DNA of 64,000 bases. Source: a bacterium. GTDB taxonomy: Bacteria; UBA8248; JACPRG01; G963555815. This document shows positions 59,909-64,000 of the stretch, one piece after another. Both the position numbers and the translations under genes were made by a program. Position 1 is the first letter of the stretch; every line of letters starts with the position of its first letter. A model generated the notes under the pieces. It saw nothing but the letters and a program-made list of their open reading frames with translations. It was not told the origin of the DNA and searched no databases. The stretch covers positions 1,440,001 through 1,504,000 of the forward strand of contig CBDHDG010000006.1 in the NCBI GenBank assembly GCA_965261595.1, given 5' to 3'.

Positions 59909-61305
59909 ATGACGGCCACGACGAAATCCGCCGATTTGCTGATTGAGGGCGCAACCGTCATCACGATGGACGCCGAGCGGCGGATCTTCTCCGATGGCGC
60001 CGTCGCCGTCGCCGGAGGCCGAATCACGGCGGTCGGCCAAAGAGAAGAGGTCGCCCCGACGATTCAAGCCGCGCGCCGGATTCCCGGACAGGGGAAAGTC
60101 GTCATCCCGGGCCTCATCAACGCCCACAGCCACTTTTTCCCTTTCCTGAGCGGGGCCATCCCGGAAGAACATCCCTCGGACATCGTCCGAAGGGATTACC
60201 TCTATCCTTTTTTCCGGGACCTGTCGGCTGAGGAAGAGGTTGTCGGGGCGAAGGCCCGGATGTGGGAGATGATCCGCACCGGCACGACCTGTTTCGCCGA
60301 CGGGGGCTGCAAGCATCCGGGCCGCGTGGCCGAGGCGGTGGAGGAGATGGGCCTGCGGGGGGTGTTGGGCCGGTGGCGTTGCGACCGGGCGGAGAACGGC
60401 GATGAGTCTCGGGAGGATTACGGTGTTCGGAGCGACACCGACCGGATCCTTGAAGAGCTGGAAGACGATCTCCGGACCCTCGGCCGGACCTCGGACCGGG
60501 TTCGGGCGGCCGCCGCGCTTGTGGACGAGCGCGTGGTTTCCGACGAATTGTTACGCGGCGCCGCGGAATTGGCCGGCCGATATCAGACCACCCTCAGCGT
60601 TGATGTCGGAGTCACGAAGGCGGCCGGGGAGGGGGGGGGGATGGGACCGGCCGGAAGAAGGGATTGCGGCCCGTCCAACGGCTGAAGGCGCTCGGGGTGC
60701 TCGGAAGGCGGGTGATATTGAACCACGCGACGGTTCTCGACCCGGAAGATGTGGCCGCCGTCGCCGAGGCGGACGCGGGGGTGTGCTGGACGCCGAGCGC
60801 GGCGCTGAGGCGGGGCCATGGGACGACGCAAACCGGGATGATCCCCGAATTGGTGAAGGCGGGCGTGGGGGTGGCCCTGGGGACCGACGGGCCGGCGTGC
60901 TCGGATTACGCGGATATGGTGCGCGTCATGTACCTGGCCGCGACGCTGCCGGTGGATTCCCGGATCAGCCATGCCGCGAGCTCGTCCGAGACCGCCCTGG
61001 AGATGGGGACCGTGAATGGGGCGAAGGCCCTCGGGCTGGCTGAGGAGATCGGTTCTCTGGAGACCGGCAAGAAGGCCGACTTGGTGATGCTCGACGTGGA
61101 CCGTCCGGAATGGCGGCCCCTGTTTCATGTGGTGAACAATCTGGTTTATTCCGCGACCGGGGATTCGGTGCATACCGTCATCGTGGATGGCCGGGTGATC
61201 ATGGACGCCAACCGACTCACAGTGGCGGACGAGGCGGAGCTGCTGGAGGCGGCAAGATCATTGGGGAAGCAAATACGGAAGCGTTTGGCTCGATATCCTT
61301 TGTAA
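59909..61305 (+). pseudogene. MtaD/SsnA-like amidohydrolase, frameshifted at the poly-G run ~60626-60640
   Basis: PGLINAHSH and GTTCF in ORF 59909..60685; LNHAT, LGTDG, GSLETGKKADL in ORF 60664..61305. Confidence 0.82.
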
Positions 61306-61323
61306 GAACCAAGGGGGAAAGTC

Positions 61324-62328
61324 ATGAGACAAGGGTTTTTTCTCAAGCGATGGACGGCAATATTGGGATCGGTCTTTCTGCTGACAATCCTCTGGCCCCT
61401 GAGCGGGGTCGGCGGCGCAGCGGAAAAGATCCGGTTCATTTCCTGGAGTTCTCCCCGTGTGGAGCAGGCCAACTTCTTCGTGGCGCAGGAAAAGGGGTAT
61501 TTCAAGAAGGAGGGTGTGGATTTCGAGTATCGCCCCGGGCGCGGCTCGGGAAACGCCATGAAGCAGATCCTGGCCGGGAACGGGGACGTCGCGTTTGTCG
61601 GCCCGGAGGCGGTTTTCCTCGCTGGCTATCAGGGGGCGAAGGTGACCGCATTCTACAACACCTACCCCCAGAACATCTTCGAGGTCATCTATCACAAGGG
61701 CCTGGGCATCCGCGCCGTCAAGGACCTGCGGGGAAAGAAGATCGGCGTGTTCAGCCTGGGCAGCGGAGGCCGGTACAACCTGACGACGCTTCTTCACCTC
61801 AACGGGGTCAAGGAATCCGAGGTTGTTTTGGTGCCCACGTTCGCGAATCCGGGACCGTTCTTGAAGAGAAAGATCGACGCCTGGGTCTCGATCACGCCCA
61901 GCACGTGGGCCCTGAGACAAAAGGGGCTCCTCAAGAAAGCCGGCTCTTATCTCATCAAGGACTACCTCAACCTGCCCACCGATGTGTTCGCGGCGACGAA
62001 CCGGGTCTTGCGGGATCGGCGGGGCGCCCTCCTTTCCTTCCTGAGGGCCTTCCGGCGGGGGACGGAGTTTATGATTCAAAACCCCGAAGAGGCGACGGCC
62101 ATCAGCAAGAAATATGTCTTGAAGATGCGGAACCCTCAGCTCGCGGGGGGAATCATCCGGATGTTCGGGGCGGTGTCCCAGAGCGACCTGACCCGGAAGA
62201 AGGGGCTCGGCTGGTTTGACATGGCGCTCCTGGAGCGGGCCGAGCGGCTGTTCCGCGAGACGGGGATTCTGAAAGGGAAGGTCGATGTCCGGACGCACTT
62301 CACCAACTCGTTGGTGGAGAAGCTCTGA
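61324..62328 (+). CDS. ABC transporter substrate-binding protein (NMT1/THI5/SsuA-like)
   Basis: Signal peptide, VAQEKGYFKKEG, KDLRGKKIG, FIQ/MIQNPEEA-type and FTN tail motifs. Confidence 0.88.
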   Translation: MRQGFFLKRWTAILGSVFLLTILWPLSGVGGAAEKIRFISWSSPRVEQANFFVAQEKGYFKKEGVDFEYRPGRGSGNAMKQILAGNGDVAFVGPEAVFLAGYQGAKVTAFYNTYPQNIFEVIYHKGLGIRAVKDLRGKKIGVFSLGSGGRYNLTTLLHLNGVKESEVVLVPTFANPGPFLKRKIDAWVSITPSTWALRQKGLLKKAGSYLIKDYLNLPTDVFAATNRVLRDRRGALLSFLRAFRRGTEFMIQNPEEATAISKKYVLKMRNPQLAGGIIRMFGAVSQSDLTRKKGLGWFDMALLERAERLFRETGILKGKVDVRTHFTNSLVEKL

Positions 62329-62364
62329 GGGCGGTCCGAAGAGGATCAGGAAGGGTAGGGGCGC

Positions 62365-63765
62365 ATGGGCGAGACGGACGCCGTCGATCTGATCATTCGC
62401 GGAGGGACCCTCCTGACGATGGACCCGGAGGGGCGGCTTGTGGAGGGCGGCTCCGTCGCCGTCTCCGGGTCAAAAATTGTCGCCATCCTCGATAAGGGGG
62501 AAGACCTCTCCCGCTTTTCGGCGAAGGCGGTGATTGACGCCCGGGGAAAGCTGGTGATGCCGGGGCTCATCAACGCGCATCGCCACTTCTACTCCACCCC
62601 GCGGGGGCTGATCGCGAACCGGGTCACGCGCAACGCGCTCAAAGAGTACGTGTATCCCTATTACCACGCCATCCCGCCGGAGCAGCTCTATTACGACGCC
62701 CTCGCGATCATGGCCGAGATGATCCGGACGGGCACGACCTGCTTCTCCGAGCCCGGCTGCGAGCACATCGAGACCGTCCTCCGGGCGACCGAAAAGAGCG
62801 GGATGCGGGCGACCACGGGTCTTTGGATCTGGGATCACGGGGGTCCCGACGCCGACAAGTGTCCCCCCGATTTTCTGCCCCTGAAGACGGACGAGGCCCT
62901 GCGGATGATGGAAGACGCCATCATCCGGTACGACGGCGCGCTGGACGGACGGCTGACGGTCCACGCCACCATCGAAGGGGCGGGGACGTGCTCGGATGAG
63001 CTGACGGTCGGATCGAAGGTCTTGGCGGAGCAATACGGAAAGCTGTCCATCCTGCACAAATCCACCTCCATCGAAGAGGTCGAGATCGAGCTGAAGGCCT
63101 TCGGCCACCGGCCGACCGAGCATCTCTACCACATCGGCGCCCTCGGACCGAACGTCCTGTTGAACCACGCGACCGCCATCGACGAGACCGAGGTCGGGAT
63201 GATAGCGGAGACGGGGACGCGGATCTGCCAGAACCCCAGCGCGGCCCTCAAGCTGGGAAAGGGCACCACGCAGACCGGGAAGTTCGCGGAGCTGAGCGAA
63301 GCCGGGACGCCGATCTGCCTGGGCACCGACAGCAACAACTCCTCCAACTTCAACGACATGTTCCGCGAGGTCTACCTCGCCGCCGTATTGCCCAAGGATT
63401 CCCGGATGGATCCCTCGGTGATGACCGCGGAAAAGGCCCTGTTGATGGGAACCCGGGAGGGGGCCGACGCCCTTCTGATGGGGGAGGAGATCGGGTCTTT
63501 GGAGGCGGGGAAGAAGGCCGACGTCATCCTGCTCGACATGGAGCGAATCGAGTTCGCCCTGGGCGGCGATATCATCGACACCCTGGTGTATTCCGCCACG
63601 GGAGACGCGGTGGAAACCGTCATCGTGGATGGGACCGTGTTGATGGAGAAACGCGAGCTCAAGACCATCGACGAGGAAGAGGCCTTTCGAACGATTCAGG
63701 AAAACGCTGTGAAGGGCATGGACCGGATGAACGTTAGCCCGGCGTCCCGTTGGCCGATTCTCTGA
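62365..63765 (+). CDS. MtaD/SsnA-like amidohydrolase
   Basis: PGLINAHRH, GTTCF, ILHKS, LNHAT, LGTDS, GSLEAGKKAD. Confidence 0.9.
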   Translation: MGETDAVDLIIRGGTLLTMDPEGRLVEGGSVAVSGSKIVAILDKGEDLSRFSAKAVIDARGKLVMPGLINAHRHFYSTPRGLIANRVTRNALKEYVYPYYHAIPPEQLYYDALAIMAEMIRTGTTCFSEPGCEHIETVLRATEKSGMRATTGLWIWDHGGPDADKCPPDFLPLKTDEALRMMEDAIIRYDGALDGRLTVHATIEGAGTCSDELTVGSKVLAEQYGKLSILHKSTSIEEVEIELKAFGHRPTEHLYHIGALGPNVLLNHATAIDETEVGMIAETGTRICQNPSAALKLGKGTTQTGKFAELSEAGTPICLGTDSNNSSNFNDMFREVYLAAVLPKDSRMDPSVMTAEKALLMGTREGADALLMGEEIGSLEAGKKADVILLDMERIEFALGGDIIDTLVYSATGDAVETVIVDGTVLMEKRELKTIDEEEAFRTIQENAVKGMDRMNVSPASRWPIL

Positions 63766-63829
63766 GGGATGCGTTGGCCCCGGCGAGTCCAACCTCCCGT
63801 CGGGTTGCGCCCTTGCGAAGGTGAGGAAC

Positions 63830-64000
63830 ATGGAACCCGGGCGTTCAACGATCGAGGCGGCGTCGGGTCAGGCCGTCGCCGGAGGCTCAGCGCCGAAAAT
63901 CCGGTTGGACGACGTTTCCAAGAGCTTCCAGGCGGCCGGCGGCGCCCTGGAGGCCCTCCGCAACATCAGCCTGGATATCGCCGACGGGGAGTTCGTCTCG
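63830..64000 (+). CDS. ABC transporter ATP-binding protein (N-terminus, runs off the window)
   Basis: RBS GAGGA; IRLDDVSKSF...ALRNISLDIADGEFVS. Confidence 0.8.
   Translation, partial: MEPGRSTIEAASGQAVAGGSAPKIRLDDVSKSFQAAGGALEALRNISLDIADGEFVS

Overview
High-GC bacterial chromosomal segment made mostly of metabolic genes, with a ~13 kb IS-riddled accessory island at ~18.07-31.0 kb. The metabolic part has three hydantoinase/oxoprolinase-family loci. One of them is an acyl-CoA ligase + AcxA-like + AcxB-like/AcxC-like fusion operon resembling a compact ketone carboxylase. It also has a sahR-metF-metH operon with a SahR-type operator, mhpD/dmpH-like genes, three aldo/keto reductases, several amidohydrolases and an NMT1/THI5-type ABC system. 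Two genes flanking the met operon look like selenoproteins that the ORF track splits: an AhpD/CMD protein (CxxU) and a DsbA-like protein (UxxC), each with a SECIS-like hairpin right after the in-frame TGA. In the island, a single Sel1-repeat gene can be rebuilt exactly in frame after removing three insertions with perfect target-site duplications (IS3, IS256, and an IS1380 composite unit bounded by two left ends). The island also holds an unexplained non-coding array of promoter-like units and UCAC-loop hairpins at 20.09-20.76 kb. GTAG-type REP doublets, a possible RAYT remnant and a tRNA-Leu-like structured leader were also seen. Many frameshifts and long G/C runs may partly be sequencing errors. 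No CRISPR array, rRNA or intact tRNA was found. All family assignments come from motif recognition by eye, not from database searches.
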